From an uncultured Pelagibacteraceae bacterium (lineage in GTDB: Bacteria > Pseudomonadota > Alphaproteobacteria > Pelagibacterales > Pelagibacteraceae): DNA of 64,000 bases. The position numbers and the translations under genes were made by a program. Positions 62,732-64,000 of this stretch are shown in pieces (the stretch's first letter is position 1; the number at the start of each line of letters is the position of its first letter). A model generated the notes under the pieces. It was not told the origin of the DNA, did no database searches, and was given only the letters and a program-made list of their open reading frames with translations. The stretch spans positions 6,273 to 70,272 of the forward strand of contig CACIKJ010000002.1 of NCBI GenBank assembly GCA_902587215.1, read 5' to 3'.

Positions 62732-63986
62732 AATTTTAGATTGTAAAAGTAAAAGTTATAAGAAAAAATTAATTGATTTTCTTGAGGTAAGAAGATCAAG
62801 AAAATCTATAGATACAAAAAAAGTTGTTAAAATATTAAACGATATTAAAATTAATAAGCTTAAAGCGGTACTTAAGTACGAAAAAAGATTTTCAAAAAAT
62901 AGTAAATTATATGCATCAAGAAATGAAATTAATAAATCAATAAAAAAATTAGATCCGAAAATAAAAAAAGCAATCGATTTTGCATATTCTAGAATATTTA
63001 AATTTCATTCATTACAAAAACCAAAAGATTTAAAATATGTTGATCAGTATAAAAATAAAATTGATTATAAAAATATTCCTCTACAATCAGTGGGAATATA
63101 CGTGCCAGCAAATTTACCTAGCACACTTTTAATGTGTGCAATACCTGCACAAATTTCTAAAGTCAAAAAAATTATAGTTTCAAATCCAAGAATAAATGGA
63201 AAATTAAATTCTGCAGTTATGTATGCTGCAAAAAAATGTGGAGTATCTGAAGTAATCACATGTGGTGGCGCACAAGCAATTGGTAATTTAGTTTATATTC
63301 AAAAGGTAAATAAGATAGTTGGACCAGGATCTGATATAACTGCTGAAGCCAAGCGTTTAGTATTTGGTACAGTAGGTATAGATGGCATGGCTGGACCAAG
63401 TGAAATTTTAGTGCTTGCTGACAAAAAAACAAATATAAACGAGATTAGCACATCACTTGTTGGACAATCTGAGCATGGCACTGAAAGTCAATGTATTTTA
63501 GTAACAAAGCACAAACAAATAATAAATAAGGTTCAAAAAAGTGTTTTAGATAATTTAAAAAATATACCAAGAAAGAAAATTGCTTTTAAAAGTTTAAAAA
63601 GACATGGCTTAATTATATTGTGTAAAAATGATAATCAAATTATTGAGGTTGTTAATGAGGTAGCTCCTGAACACCTCGAGTTAAATGTATTAAACTATAA
63701 AAAATATATCAGTCGCATAGTGAACGCAGGTTCAATATGTATTGGTAAATACACACCAATGGCTGTTACAGATTATAATTCTGGTAGTCAGCATACTCTT
63801 CCAACTTTAGGAAGTTCTAAATTTTCTTCGGGATTAAATGTTAATGATTTCTATAAAAAAATAAGCTATGTAAATCTTTCAAAAAAAGGTGTTGCAAAAA
63901 TTGGGAGATTTGCGATACACATGAGTGATTTTGAGGAACTTAAAGCACACTCTAAATCAATTAGATCGAGAATAAGGAGCAAATAA
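62724..63986 (+). CDS. hisD: histidinol dehydrogenase
   Basis: GGAQAI, KIVGPG, GIDGMAGPSE, QSEH, APEHLEL, HTLPT. Confidence 0.92.
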   Translation: MIKILDCKSKSYKKKLIDFLEVRRSRKSIDTKKVVKILNDIKINKLKAVLKYEKRFSKNSKLYASRNEINKSIKKLDPKIKKAIDFAYSRIFKFHSLQKPKDLKYVDQYKNKIDYKNIPLQSVGIYVPANLPSTLLMCAIPAQISKVKKIIVSNPRINGKLNSAVMYAAKKCGVSEVITCGGAQAIGNLVYIQKVNKIVGPGSDITAEAKRLVFGTVGIDGMAGPSEILVLADKKTNINEISTSLVGQSEHGTESQCILVTKHKQIINKVQKSVLDNLKNIPRKKIAFKSLKRHGLIILCKNDNQIIEVVNEVAPEHLELNVLNYKKYISRIVNAGSICIGKYTPMAVTDYNSGSQHTLPTLGSSKFSSGLNVNDFYKKISYVNLSKKGVAKIGRFAIHMSDFEELKAHSKSIRSRIRSK

Positions 63987-63988
63987 AT

Positions 63989-64000
63989 TTGGCAAAACAA
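63989..64000 (+). CDS. start of next gene (MAKQ..., possibly IF-1), truncated by window
   Basis: SD AAGGAG at 63974-63979 then TTG GCA AAA CAA; infA commonly lies downstream of hisD in alphaproteobacteria. Confidence 0.35.

Overview
Very AT-rich, gene-dense chromosomal window with short intergenic gaps and many stop/start overlaps. Gene content and order point to a streamlined marine alphaproteobacterium, most likely SAR11/Pelagibacterales (inference). It is mostly core genome: lysA(partial)-argH, coq7-dsbB, fadD, carD-fdxA-terB-helicase, aceEF, gltDB, thrS-infC-rpmI-rplT-pheST-lepA, gyrB-regB, J-domain-cobS-cobT/bolA, aroKB, def-fmt-truA, rpmH-rnpA-yidD-yidC-argB-dapD-dapE, dcd-murA-hisD, and four tRNAs (Leu-CAA, Arg-ACG, Ser-GGA, Thr-GGT). 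I saw no integrase, transposase or CRISPR array. Several small genes missed by the ORF track were read by hand. Best leads: (1) a 26-aa protamine/histone-H1-like gene (6855-6935) with its own promoter candidate, SD and terminator, converging on a CarD with a Lys-rich tail; (2) an adjacent SET-domain methyltransferase and HDAC-family deacetylase, the latter split at a G9 tract, together suggesting a possible lysine-modification system; (3) a TGCA-N9-TGCA motif shared by the aceE and gltD upstream regions; (4) an sxtJ/K/I-like carbamoyltransferase cassette at tRNA-Arg; (5) a J-domain/CobS/CobT module without cobN. All functional links are hypotheses; no database searches were run.
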